From an uncultured Actinomycetota bacterium (GTDB lineage Bacteria; Actinomycetota; Actinomycetes; JAFAQI01): a stretch of 64,000 nt of DNA. This document shows positions 1-9,771 of the stretch, piece after piece. The stretch is taken from assembly GCA_963770565.1 (NCBI GenBank), contig CAVYQE010000002.1, positions 800,001 to 864,000 of the forward strand, written 5' to 3'. The number at the start of each line of letters is the position of its first letter. The first letter of the stretch is position 1. Made by a program: the position numbers and the translations under genes. The notes beneath the pieces were generated by a model, which saw only the letters and a program-made list of their open reading frames with translations, did no database searches and was not told where the DNA came from.

Positions 1-585
<585 letters not shown>

Positions 586-652
586 GCCAGCCTCCTGGTA
601 GCCGCCCCGGGATCTCTACGACGTTAGTGGTCTGCCCACTCCTAACCCGGCG

Positions 653-764
653 TGACCCTGCGGTGATCCGGGCGCCGGATTCGCAAGGCGGAGGAGGAGC
701 GCGGTAGTAGACCTACCGCCGACGACGACAACGCCGCGAGCCGGTGTCCGGGCGCCGCAGGTCA
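653..764. repeat. Structured intergenic element (long imperfect hairpin with TCGCAAGG...AACGCCGCGAG core)
   Basis: Arms tgaccctgcggtgatccgggcgccggattcgc / gcgagccggtgtccgggcgccgcaggtca. Inner hairpin gcggtag-tagac-ctaccgc (701-719). Same core motifs and spacing recur at 33905-33964. Confidence 0.7.
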
Positions 765-1889
765 TGAAGCTAGACGGACCGGCATCAGCAGGTAACGGTG
801 GTCGGCCCCGCCGTCGGCGTCGGCCTTGCCGGTCAGCACCGCCGGCTTGGTCGGGCCGGTGAAGGCCAGCCGGGCCTCGTCGGAGTCGAGCGAGCCCAGC
901 CCGTCGAGCAGGTACGTCGCGTTGAACGCGATCGTGAGCGGCTCCCCCTCGAACGACCCGGGCAGCGACTCCTGCGCCTCGGCTTCGTCGACCCCGCCGG
1001 CTTCGAGGGTCACCCCGTCCGCCGAGAACGACAGCCGGATCGGCGAGGTCCGCGACGCCACTAGGGCAACTCGCCGGACCGCGTCGGTCAGAGCTGCCGA
1101 GTCGACGGTGGCGGTCGCCGAGGCGGTGTCCGGAAGCAGTGAGCGGTATTTCGGGAACTCGCCGTCGAGCAGCCGGCTCGTCGTCGAGCGGTGCGCGCCG
1201 GACAGGCCGATCAGGCCTTCACCGGGCCCGTTGCTCGCCAGCGACAGGGTGACCTCAGCGCCCGAGGTCAGCGACTTGGCAGCATCGGCCAGCGTGCGGG
1301 CCGGCACGAGCGCGGTCGCCTGCATGCCGACCTCGGTCGGCGCCCAGCGCAACGTTCGTACCGCGAGCCGATAGCGGTCGGTCGCGGCCAACGTCACCTG
1401 CTCGCCGTCGATCTCCACCCGGACTCCGGTCAGGACCGGCAGGGCGTCGTCGCGTCCGGCCGCGACCGCAACGGCCCCGACCGCCGCGGCAAAGGCATCG
1501 CTTCCGACCGTGCCCGCCACATTCGGCATCGACGGCAACGTCGGGTATTCATCCAGCGGCAGCGTCGGCAGGGTGAATCGGGACGACCCGCACGACACGG
1601 TCACTCGCGACCCATCCGTGGCCAAATCGATCGGCTGCGGCGGCAGACTACGGACGATGTCCGCGAGCAACCGCCCAGGGACCAGGATCGACCCGTCCTC
1701 GGTCACCGTGGCGTCGACCTGCGCCTGTGCGGAAACCTCGTAGTCGAACCCGGACAGCTCGACCCCGCCGTCCTTGCCGACGTCGATCCGCAGGCCGGCC
1801 AGCACCGGAAGTGCGGCCTTCTGGGGCAGGATGCGCGCTGCCCATGCGACGGCGTCGGCAAATCCATCCCGCTCGACCCGGATTTTCAT
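762..1889 (-). CDS. dnaN: DNA polymerase III beta sliding clamp
   Basis: MKIRVERD...ATDRYRLA...GEFPKYRSLLP...IAFNATYLLDGL...YLLMPVRL. Lies downstream of dnaA. Confidence 0.97.
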   Translation of the reverse strand: MKIRVERDGFADAVAWAARILPQKAALPVLAGLRIDVGKDGGVELSGFDYEVSAQAQVDATVTEDGSILVPGRLLADIVRSLPPQPIDLATDGSRVTVSCGSSRFTLPTLPLDEYPTLPSMPNVAGTVGSDAFAAAVGAVAVAAGRDDALPVLTGVRVEIDGEQVTLAATDRYRLAVRTLRWAPTEVGMQATALVPARTLADAAKSLTSGAEVTLSLASNGPGEGLIGLSGAHRSTTSRLLDGEFPKYRSLLPDTASATATVDSAALTDAVRRVALVASRTSPIRLSFSADGVTLEAGGVDEAEAQESLPGSFEGEPLTIAFNATYLLDGLGSLDSDEARLAFTGPTKPAVLTGKADADGGADHRYLLMPVRLAS

Positions 1890-2216
1890 CGGCACCGCCT
1901 TTCCGCTGCTGACGGCTCAATTTTCGCGGAGCCGTCGGATCCACAGTATTCGAATGAGGTCTGACAGAAATTCTTCATGACGCCGTCGTCGTATGGCCGG
2001 TGGACACTGTCGACAACCGGTAAACCCGCAGGTCAGAGGCCTGTCGGCGGCATGCGAAGGGTGTGGACAGCCGGCTGGAACTGGTGGACGGGCTGTGAAC
2101 GGCGTACGACGAGTGCGTGATTAGACGATCCGCGGGTGAAACGTCCACAGAGTTGTCCCCAGGCTGTGTACGGAAGGTCATCGGGGCAGGTCCGCCCGGT
2201 CGGGCGCCGATCCGCC
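1890..2216. other. oriC: Chromosomal replication origin oriC (dnaA-dnaN intergenic)
   Basis: Degenerate DnaA boxes: ggatccaca 1937-1945, ggtggacac 1999-2007, tgtcgacaa 2008-2016, tgtggacag 2062-2070, acgtccaca 2141-2149, ttgtcccca 2153-2161, tgtgtacgg 2165-2173. Relatively AT-rich patch at about 1946-1980. Canonical actinobacterial location. Confidence 0.85.
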
Positions 2217-3623
2217 TCACCCGCGGGCCTGGCTCTTGATCCGGTTGGTGAGCTCGCTGACCTGGTTGTAGACCGACCGGCGCTCGGCCATCAGCGAGCG
2301 GATCTTGCGGTCGGCGTGCATCACCGTGGTGTGGTCGCGACCGCCGAAGGCCTGGCCGATCTTCGGCAGCGACAGCTCGGTCAGCTCACGGCACAGGTAC
2401 ATCGCGACCTGGCGGGCCTGCACCAGCACCCGGCTGCGCGAGGACCCGCAGAGGTCTTCCATCGAGATCGAGAAGTACGCCGCGGTCTGGGCCATGATCG
2501 TCGGTGCGGTGATCTCCGGCCCGGCCGCGTCCGCGATCAGGTCCTTCAGGACGATCTCTGCCAGCGCGAGGTCGACGGTCTGGCGGTTGAGGCTCGCGAA
2601 CGCCGTCACCCGGATCAGCGCGCCTTCGAGCTCGCGGATGTTGGACGAGATCTTGCTGGCGATGAACTCCAGGACCTCGGCCGGCGCATCGAGTCGCTCG
2701 GCCGCGGCCTTTTTGCGAAGGATCGCGATCCGGGTCTCGAGCTCGGGTGGCTGGACGTCGGTGATCAGACCCCACTCGAACCGATTGCGCAGCCGATCCT
2801 CCAGCGTTACCAACTGTTTCGGCGTGCGGTCGCTGGAGATCACGATCTGGGAGTTCGCGTTGTGCAGGGTGTTGAAGGTGTGGAAGAACTCTTCCTGGGT
2901 CTGCTCTTTGTTCTCCAGGAACTGGATGTCGTCGACGAGCAGTACGTCGATGTTGCGGTAGCGCTTGCGGAACAGCTCGCCGCGGCCGTCGCGGATCGAG
3001 TTGATGAAGTCGTTGGTGAACTCCTCGGAGCTCACGTAGCGGACCCGGCAGCCCGGCACGAGCGCGCGGGTGTAGTGCCCGATCGCGTGCAACAGGTGCG
3101 TCTTGCCGAGGCCGGATTCGCCGTAAATGAACAGCGGGTTGTAGGCCTTGGCGGGCGCTTCGGCGACCGCGACCGCCGCCGCGTGCGCGAACCGGTTGCT
3201 CGAGCCGATCACGAAGGTGTCGAACTGGTACTTCGGGTTCAGCCGGTCCGGCTCGGTGCTCGGCCGGCGTACCGGTTGCACGGGCACGGGCTCGAGCTCG
3301 TCCATCGGGTAGGGCTCGTCGTCGGGGTCGGCAGCGGTCGAACCAGGCTGCGCGGTCCCGCTCTCAGGCTCGACGGTTACGGCCACCCGGACGTCGCGGG
3401 CGAGCTCGCGGGACAGCGCCTCGATCACCAACGGGCGCAGCCGGGTGTCGAGCACGTCACGCGCAAAGTCGTTCGGGGTCGCGAGGACGACGGTGTCCTG
3501 CACCAGCGCGAGCGGTTTGGTCAGGCGCAGCCACGCACGCTGTTGAGCGGAGACCAGATCTTCACCGAGCCCGGCAATTGCGCGTGTCCATACCGAGTCG
3601 AGGTCGAGGACCTGGTCTGACAC
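2217..3623 (-). CDS. dnaA: Chromosomal replication initiator DnaA
   Basis: [23 protein letters not shown], Walker [17 protein letters not shown], domain [22 protein letters not shown] favours the GTG at 3623. Confidence 0.98.
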   Translation of the reverse strand: MSDQVLDLDSVWTRAIAGLGEDLVSAQQRAWLRLTKPLALVQDTVVLATPNDFARDVLDTRLRPLVIEALSRELARDVRVAVTVEPESGTAQPGSTAADPDDEPYPMDELEPVPVQPVRRPSTEPDRLNPKYQFDTFVIGSSNRFAHAAAVAVAEAPAKAYNPLFIYGESGLGKTHLLHAIGHYTRALVPGCRVRYVSSEEFTNDFINSIRDGRGELFRKRYRNIDVLLVDDIQFLENKEQTQEEFFHTFNTLHNANSQIVISSDRTPKQLVTLEDRLRNRFEWGLITDVQPPELETRIAILRKKAAAERLDAPAEVLEFIASKISSNIRELEGALIRVTAFASLNRQTVDLALAEIVLKDLIADAAGPEITAPTIMAQTAAYFSISMEDLCGSSRSRVLVQARQVAMYLCRELTELSLPKIGQAFGGRDHTTVMHADRKIRSLMAERRSVYNQVSELTNRIKSQARG

Positions 3624-3687
3624 GGGCACTCCCTGATTTCACTGATTTCGCAACGGCTTCGAACTCGGTGGAGCCGGACAAGACGCC

Positions 3688-3720
3688 TCGTCCACACCTC
3701 CATCCACAGACTGTGGATCA
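3688..3720. promoter_or_regulatory. DnaA boxes in the dnaA promoter region (autoregulation)
   Basis: tcgtccaca 3688-3696, ccatccaca 3700-3708 and inverted tgtggatca 3712-3720. Confidence 0.65.
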
Positions 3721-3926
3721 GGGCGTAAGCGTTGACGTTAGGCCAGACCCAACCGACAAAGCCACGGGGGGGCACCACTCTGCGCGCGGGTGGTCAGGGA
3801 AGGTCGGCGCGGGAACGCTAACAGCACTCGCACCGCCGCTACAACCACTCGCGCACATTGATCTGCCGGAGACCGGCGTGTCGGCTTGACGACGCTGCGG
3901 CGAGCAGGTCGAGCGCGGCGAATCGT

Positions 3927-3956
3927 TTGACCTGACTTCGCGTGCGACCGTACCGT
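3927..3956 (+). promoter_or_regulatory. Housekeeping-sigma promoter of the rpmH operon
   Basis: TTGACC-N18-TACCGT upstream of rpmH. Confidence 0.55.
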
Positions 3957-4033
3957 GGCAGCCGCGCCCCTCGAGGGTTGCCCGAGCACGCCAACGGCAC
4001 GCCCAGTGCCCGGCACCCGTGGTGGGAGTTGTA

Positions 4034-4171
4034 GTGAGCAAGCGCACGTTCCAGCCGAACAACCGTCGGCGCGCGAAGACGCATGGCTTCCGGCTGCGGA
4101 TGCGCACTCGCGCCGGCCGCTCGATCCTTTCTGCGCGCCGCCGCAAGGGACGCGCCGAGCTGTCGGCCTAG
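4034..4171 (+). CDS. rpmH: 50S ribosomal protein L34
   Basis: Manual translation [45 protein letters not shown] (45 aa, below the ORF-track cutoff). Confidence 0.97.
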   Translation: MSKRTFQPNNRRRAKTHGFRLRMRTRAGRSILSARRRKGRAELSA

Positions 4172-4180
4172 GCTGCGACG

Positions 4181-4546
4181 GTGTTGCCGGCCGAGCGGCG
4201 GGTACGCCGGCGCGAGGACTTCAGCGCGACGGTTCGACAGGGACGACGCCTCAGCGGTCGTGGGCTGGTGATCTACCTCGGTGAGGAGGCCGCAGTGAAC
4301 CCCGCCCGAGCCGGGTTCATCGTCGGTCGGGCCGTGGGTCCGGCGGTTCGCCGCAACCGGGTTCGTCGCCAGCTTCGCCACCTAATCGGGCCGCACCTGG
4401 ACGCCTTCGCACCTGGCACCGTGGTGATCGTGCGGGCGACCGGCGCGGCCGGCGCGATGAGTGGCCGCGAGCTCGGCGCCACGCTCGGTAACCTGCTCGG
4501 CCGGCTTGCCGACCAGAGTGTGTCGCCGGCCACGGTGGCGCCGTGA
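4181..4546 (+). CDS. rnpA: Ribonuclease P protein component
   Basis: [14 protein letters not shown]...[24 protein letters not shown] (RNR motif); synteny. Confidence 0.95.
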   Translation: MLPAERRVRRREDFSATVRQGRRLSGRGLVIYLGEEAAVNPARAGFIVGRAVGPAVRRNRVRRQLRHLIGPHLDAFAPGTVVIVRATGAAGAMSGRELGATLGNLLGRLADQSVSPATVAP

Positions 4547-4776
4547 GCCGGGTCCTGGTCCTGCTGCTGACCGGCTATCGGCGCTGGATCAGCCCGATGA
4601 TGGCGCCGCACTGCCGATTCGCGCCCAGCTGCAGCGCCTACGCGATCGAGGCGATCACGGTGCATGGCGCGCTGCACGGGAGCTGGCTGGCCGCCCGACG
4701 GCTGGTCAAATGTCAACCTTTCTTTACCGGTGGCTATGATCCGGTGCCGATCCGTGCCGAAGGAGCCCACCGGTGA
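4543..4776 (+). CDS. yidD: Membrane protein insertion efficiency factor YidD
   Basis: YRRWISP...[15 protein letters not shown]...[14 protein letters not shown]. Confidence 0.95.
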   Translation: MSRVLVLLLTGYRRWISPMMAPHCRFAPSCSAYAIEAITVHGALHGSWLAARRLVKCQPFFTGGYDPVPIRAEGAHR

Positions 4777-5810
4777 GTTTCCTCAACCCGCTGTACCAGG
4801 CGGTGGCGTGGCTGCTGGTGCACATCCATGACGGCATCGTGCACGTGGTCAGCAACAACGGCTGGTCGTGGGCGCTGTCGATCATCGTGCTGACGATGGC
4901 GATGCGGCTGGTGCTCTTCCCGGTCTTCGTCAAGCAGATCCGCAACCAGCGCGGGATGCAGGCCCTGCAGCCGAAGATGAAGGAGTTGCAGGCGAAGTAC
5001 AAGAACGACAAGGAAAAGCTCAACCAGGAAATGATGGCGATGTGGAAGGAGCACGGGGTCAACCCGCTCTCCGGCTGCTTCCCGCTGCTGCTGCAGATCC
5101 CGATCTTCATCTCGCTGTTCCACACCCTGCGCGAGATCAAGCCGATCTCCGGATGCACGGCCGGGCCCAACGCGCTGTCCTGCTACAAGGGCGTGCCGGG
5201 CTTCGACCGGGCCCACATCTTCAGCGCCGCACACGCCAAGATCTTCAGTGTCCCGATCCCGGCTTCGTTCACCTCGAATACGGCGTACCTGCACGCCCTC
5301 GGCGGCTCACACACCGCGACCCGGATCCTCTGCCTCGCCCTGACCGTCGTCATGGGTGCGACCACCTTCATCACCCAGCGGCAGTTGATGGCCCGAAGCG
5401 GTCCGGCCGCCAACTCCCAGATGGCGCAGCAGCAGAAGATCCTGCTCTATGTCTTCCCGCTGTTCTTCCTGCTCTACGGCTTTAAGTTCCCGATCGGCGT
5501 CCTGATCTACTGGCTGACCACGAACGTGTGGAGCATGGTGCAGCAGCGAATCGTGATCAACCGGATGGAGGCCGCGCCGGTCGGCGGTCCGGAGATCGCA
5601 CCCGCGGGGCCGCCACCCGGAGCGAAGCCGAAAACCCCGCCGCGCGCGTCGGCTCCGCCGCCCAAGCCGCCCAAGCCGCCCAAGCCGGCTCCCGCCGGCG
5701 CCGACCTGACCCTGCCCCCGGGTGGGGCGATCCCGCCACCGGCCCGGCCCGCCAACAATCCACGCCGCCCGGCCGGGCGGTCGAATAAGCGCAAACGAGG
5801 ACGACGATGA
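4773..5810 (+). CDS. yidC: Membrane protein insertase YidC
   Basis: [16 protein letters not shown]...[18 protein letters not shown]...[18 protein letters not shown]; basic Pro-rich tail. Confidence 0.96.
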   Translation: MSFLNPLYQAVAWLLVHIHDGIVHVVSNNGWSWALSIIVLTMAMRLVLFPVFVKQIRNQRGMQALQPKMKELQAKYKNDKEKLNQEMMAMWKEHGVNPLSGCFPLLLQIPIFISLFHTLREIKPISGCTAGPNALSCYKGVPGFDRAHIFSAAHAKIFSVPIPASFTSNTAYLHALGGSHTATRILCLALTVVMGATTFITQRQLMARSGPAANSQMAQQQKILLYVFPLFFLLYGFKFPIGVLIYWLTTNVWSMVQQRIVINRMEAAPVGGPEIAPAGPPPGAKPKTPPRASAPPPKPPKPPKPAPAGADLTLPPGGAIPPPARPANNPRRPAGRSNKRKRGRR

Positions 5811-6394
5811 CCACCGACCTGCCCAGCGCCGACGAGCAGGCTCCGCTTGCCGACCCGACCGACGAGGCGGGTGCGGAGGTTTCCGACCTCGCGGATGAGC
5901 AGCCGGATGCTGCCGCCGTGACCGGGTCCGACTTGGTCACGCTGCTCGAGCGCGAGGGCGACATTGCCGCCGACTACCTCGAGGTGTTGCTCGACATCGC
6001 CGATCTCGACGGCGACATCGACATCGACGTCGAGGCGGACCGCGCCGCCGTGTCAGTCGTCGGCCCTGGTCTTGAGCGGCTGGTCGGCCCCGGCGGCACG
6101 ACGCTCGAGGCATTACAGGAGCTCACCCGGCTCGCGGTGCATCGCGAGACCGGGGTCCGCAGTCGGCTGATGCTCGACGTCGGCGGGTACCGCGCCGCCC
6201 GCCGGGCCGAGCTGGCCAATCTCGGTGCGGAGGCCGCGGCCCGGGTGGCGGCCAGTGGCGAGGCCGAGCGGCTGGCGCCGATGACGCCATTCGAGCGCAA
6301 GATCGTGCACGACGCGGTCGCCGGGGTCGACGGTGTGGAGACCGAATCCGAGGGCGAGGAGCCAGCGCGCCTCGTCGTGATCCGGCCGGTGTGA
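5807..6394 (+). CDS. jag: Jag/EloR (KhpB) family KH + R3H RNA-binding protein
   Basis: EGDIAADYLEVLLDIADLDGDID...LEALQELTRLAV...MTPFERKIVHDAV. Confidence 0.92.
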   Translation: MTTDLPSADEQAPLADPTDEAGAEVSDLADEQPDAAAVTGSDLVTLLEREGDIAADYLEVLLDIADLDGDIDIDVEADRAAVSVVGPGLERLVGPGGTTLEALQELTRLAVHRETGVRSRLMLDVGGYRAARRAELANLGAEAAARVAASGEAERLAPMTPFERKIVHDAVAGVDGVETESEGEEPARLVVIRPV

Positions 6395-7089
6395 GCACCG
6401 CGGCGGCGACCAGCGCGCGCGACCGGGCGGAGCTGAGTTCGGCCGCCGCCGAGGTCTTCGGGGACCGGGTCGAGCTCGCTCGCCGATATGCCGAGCTGCT
6501 GACCACCGAGGGCATCCTTCGCGGCGTGCTCGGGCCGCGCGAGGCGGATCGGGTCTGGCCGCGGCACCTGTTCAACAGCGCAGCGCTCGCGCCACTCATC
6601 CCCGCCGCCGCCCGGGTGGTCGACCTCGGCTCGGGGGCCGGCCTGCCCGGCATCCCACTGGCCATCGCCCGCCCGGACCTGTCGATGGTCCTGCTCGAGC
6701 CGTTGGCCCGCCGGGCGGCGTTCCTTCGCGACTGCCTGGCCGCACTCGGGCTGACCGAGGTCGAGGTCGCGGTCGGGCGAGCCGAGACCGGCATCACCCC
6801 GCCGCCCCAGGTCGTCGTGGCCCGGGCCGTCGCTCCGCTCGATCGGCTGATTGCGCTGTCCGACTGCTTGCTGGTCGGCGGCGGCACGCTGCTTGCCCTG
6901 AAGGGCGTTTCCGCTCAGTCCGAGGTCGACGCGGTCCGTCGAGCGGGCCAGGTGGACGCGGAGGTGCTCACCGTCGCGGCCGGCGGCGAGCCCGCGACCG
7001 TGGTGCGGGTGGTGCGCCCGTCGAGCGCGTCTAGGCGGCCTCGCCCGGCGCGCTCGCGTCGGGCTCGACCCACCAGGGGTCCGCGGTGA
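6391..7089 (+). CDS. rsmG: 16S rRNA m7G527 methyltransferase
   Basis: GPREADRVWPRHLFNS, VDLGSGAGLPGIPLAI, VARAVAPL, LKG. Confidence 0.95.
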   Translation: MSTAAATSARDRAELSSAAAEVFGDRVELARRYAELLTTEGILRGVLGPREADRVWPRHLFNSAALAPLIPAAARVVDLGSGAGLPGIPLAIARPDLSMVLLEPLARRAAFLRDCLAALGLTEVEVAVGRAETGITPPPQVVVARAVAPLDRLIALSDCLLVGGGTLLALKGVSAQSEVDAVRRAGQVDAEVLTVAAGGEPATVVRVVRPSSASRRPRPARSRRARPTRGPR

Positions 7090-8078
7090 CCTCGGGGCTG
7101 GGGTGGCCGGCCACCACGGACGTGCCGAAGGGTCGGCTCGGCTGGCCGTCGGCGGATTCGGACGTCGAGCCCGCCACCGCGAACCCTGAGGTTTCACGTG
7201 AAACCACCGTCGAGGAACCCGTCAGCGTCGAGGCGGCCGAGCCGGTTTCACGTGAAACATCGGCGGTTGGCGAGGTGACTCCCCCGCCCACGTCCGCTTG
7301 GCCGCGGCCAACTCGGCGTCGGGTGCTGACCGTGGCGAACCAAAAGGGCGGGGTGGGCAAGACCACCAGCACAGTGAACCTCGCGGCGGCGCTGGCCCAG
7401 CACGGGGTGCGGGTCCTCGTCGTCGACCTCGATCCCCAGGGCAACGCGTCAACGGCATTCAGCGTCGCGCATCACGTCGGCCAGCCCTCGGTGTACGAGG
7501 CATTGATCGGCAGTTGCACGTTGGATGAGGTGATCGTTCCGGTCGACGGCTTCACCGACTTGTGGTGTGCACCCGCCACGATCGACCTGGCCGGCGCCGA
7601 GGTCGAACTGGTCTCGGTGGTCGCCCGCGAGTCCCGGCTTCGGCGAGCGTTGGACACGGTGACGCTCGAGGTCGACTACATCCTCATCGACTGTCCGCCA
7701 TCGCTGGGCCTGCTCACCCTCAACGCCATGGTGGCCGCCAGCGAGATCCTGATCCCGATCCAGTGCGAGTTCTACGCGCTCGAGGGCCTGACCCAATTGC
7801 TCAAGAACGTCCAGCTGGTCAAGAGCGAGCTCAACCAAGGGCTTTACGTCTCGACCATCCTTCTGACCATGTACGACGCACGCACCCGGCTGGCCGATCA
7901 GGTCGCCGATGACGTCCGCCAGCACTTCGGCGACCTGGTGCTCGAGCCGATCATTCCGCGCAGCGTCCGGATCTCCGAGGCGCCCGGCTTCGGCCAGACC
8001 GTGGTCACCTACGACCCGACCTCACGCGGCGCCCGGGCCTACCAGGCCGCGGCGTACGATCTGGCCAGTCGGGGATAG
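7086..8078 (+). CDS. parA: Chromosome partitioning ATPase ParA
   Basis: [11 protein letters not shown] deviant Walker [36 protein letters not shown] overlap with the rsmG stop; true start could be downstream. Confidence 0.95.
   Translation: MTSGLGWPATTDVPKGRLGWPSADSDVEPATANPEVSRETTVEEPVSVEAAEPVSRETSAVGEVTPPPTSAWPRPTRRRVLTVANQKGGVGKTTSTVNLAAALAQHGVRVLVVDLDPQGNASTAFSVAHHVGQPSVYEALIGSCTLDEVIVPVDGFTDLWCAPATIDLAGAEVELVSVVARESRLRRALDTVTLEVDYILIDCPPSLGLLTLNAMVAASEILIPIQCEFYALEGLTQLLKNVQLVKSELNQGLYVSTILLTMYDARTRLADQVADDVRQHFGDLVLEPIIPRSVRISEAPGFGQTVVTYDPTSRGARAYQAAAYDLASRG
7191..7204. promoter_or_regulatory. parS: parS site 1
   Basis: Perfect GTTTCACGTGAAAC palindrome (actinobacterial parS consensus). 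Confidence 0.92.
7245..7258. promoter_or_regulatory. parS: parS site 2
   Basis: Second perfect GTTTCACGTGAAAC, 54 bp after the first. Confidence 0.92.
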
Positions 8079-8109
8079 CCCGGCACCGATCGGGTCGAAG
8101 GAGCAGCGG

Positions 8110-9012
8110 GTGAGCGTTCGGCGCGGCGGGCTCGGCCGAGGGCTCGGTGCCCTGATCCCGTCCGGCCCCGGGATCGACGACAGTACGGGCGCGAGGTTCG
8201 ACGAGCTGACGATCACCGCGATCGAGCCCAACCCGCGCCAGCCGCGCGAGGCCTTCGACGAGGACGCCCAGGCTGAGTTGGTGGCGAGCATTCGCGAGGT
8301 CGGCATCCTGCAGCCGGTCGTCGTGCGGGAGCTGTCGCCGGGGCATTTCCAGCTGGTCATGGGGGAGCGGCGGTGGCGGGCCGCTCGCGAGGCCGGCCTC
8401 GCGACCATCCCGGCGATCGTGCGCGAGACCGCCGACGACGCCCTGCTTCGCGACGCGCTGCTGGAGAACCTGCACCGCCAGCAGCTGAACCCGCTCGAGG
8501 AAGCGGCGGCCTATCAGCAGCTGCTGGCCGAGTTCGGCGCGACCCACGATCAACTGGCCGAACGGGTCGGCCGGTCGCGCTCGCACGTGACCAATACGAT
8601 CCGGCTGCTGGGACTGCCGCCGACCGTGCAGCGCCGGGTCGCCGCGGGGGTGCTCAGCGCCGGGCACGCCCGGGCTTTGCTCGCCCTGCCCGACGCCGAG
8701 GCGCAAGAACGGCTCGCCTCCCGGATCGTCGCCGAGGGCTTGTCGGTGCGGGCGACCGAGGAGCTGGTTTCGACCGGCGAGTCGCCCCGGGCCAGCCGGG
8801 CGCGGGCGAAGCAGGGGCCGAAGGCGCCGGCGTTGGCCCGGCTGGAGGCGTCGCTGTCGGACCTGCTCGAAACCAAGGTCAGCGTCGAGCTGGGCCGTCG
8901 GCACGGCAAGCTCACGGTGACGTTCGCCTCGTTGGACGATCTGCAGCGGGTGCTCGGCGTGCTCGCCCCGCAGGTGCTAGTCGAGCACTCGTTGGTCGAG
9001 GGCGAGGCCTGA
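8110..9012 (+). CDS. parB: Chromosome partitioning protein ParB
   Basis: Starts [17 protein letters not shown] after AAGGAG; [47 protein letters not shown]. Confidence 0.96.
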   Translation: MSVRRGGLGRGLGALIPSGPGIDDSTGARFDELTITAIEPNPRQPREAFDEDAQAELVASIREVGILQPVVVRELSPGHFQLVMGERRWRAAREAGLATIPAIVRETADDALLRDALLENLHRQQLNPLEEAAAYQQLLAEFGATHDQLAERVGRSRSHVTNTIRLLGLPPTVQRRVAAGVLSAGHARALLALPDAEAQERLASRIVAEGLSVRATEELVSTGESPRASRARAKQGPKAPALARLEASLSDLLETKVSVELGRRHGKLTVTFASLDDLQRVLGVLAPQVLVEHSLVEGEA

Positions 9013-9117
9013 CCGCGGTCATTGCCGCTCCCTGACCGGGCGACTACAGTGAACTCCGGGCCGGCGTGGTCGTTCCGCCGCCCAACTCCGGTGGCAGCGT
9101 GCGGTGGCGAGGTGTGC

Positions 9118-9738
9118 ATGACCCGACGGCTTGCCAACGTGACCCTCGACAACCTCGATGATCTGCCGGTTCGTTGTCGGCGGTGCGTGTTCTGGGAGCT
9201 CGACCCGCTCGCCGGCACCCGGGCGATCGAGGCCGGGGATCCGGCCCTGGAGAAAGAGGCCTGGGTCTCCGCCGCGCTGCTCGAATGGGGGAGTTGCGGA
9301 AAGGTTCTGTACGTCGACGGCATTGCCGCCGGCTTTGTCCTGTATGCCCCACCTAGCTACGTTCCGCGTTCGGTGGCGTTCCCGACCTCACCGGTCAGCG
9401 CCGACGCAGTCGTCCTGATGACGGCCGCGGTCCTGCCGGAGTTCACCGGCGGCGGCCTGGGCCGGATGCTCGTCCAAGGGGTGGCCAAGGACCTGATCCG
9501 CCGCGGGGTCCGGGCGATCGAGGCGTTCGGCGACGCCCGCTGGTCCGAGGTAGGGCACTGTCTGCTGCCGGCCGACTACCTGTTGGCGGTGGGCTTCAAG
9601 ACGATCCGGCCGCACCCGCGAAATCCTCGACTTCGGCTCGAGCTCAAGACCGCGGCGTCGTGGCGGGAGGACGTCGAAGTGGCGCTGGAGCGCTTGCTCG
9701 GCTCGATGACCCCGGAAGGCGTCCTGCGCCCGATTTAG
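9118..9738 (+). CDS. GNAT-family acetyltransferase (Rv3916c-like conserved neighbour of cwlM)
   Basis: CRRCVFWELDP...EKEAWVS...EWGSCG...FPTSPVSADAV...GGGLGRMLV...PRLRLEL; synteny. Confidence 0.85.
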   Translation: MTRRLANVTLDNLDDLPVRCRRCVFWELDPLAGTRAIEAGDPALEKEAWVSAALLEWGSCGKVLYVDGIAAGFVLYAPPSYVPRSVAFPTSPVSADAVVLMTAAVLPEFTGGGLGRMLVQGVAKDLIRRGVRAIEAFGDARWSEVGHCLLPADYLLAVGFKTIRPHPRNPRLRLELKTAASWREDVEVALERLLGSMTPEGVLRPI

Positions 9739-9771
9739 GGGTTAAGCCGCGATATATCCGTTACGGCCGAG

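Noticed and set aside
2136-3620. Long antisense or alternate-frame ORFs (e.g. 2136-3620, 42667-44361, 59342-61012, and the upstream part of 52082-53920)
   Set aside because: Shadow ORFs typical of high-GC codon bias. They overlap well-supported genes and have Arg/Gly/Pro-rich, motif-free translations.
5655-5690. CCGCCCAAG tandem repeat in yidC
   Set aside because: Short coding microsatellite (PPK repeats) in the disordered C-terminal tail.
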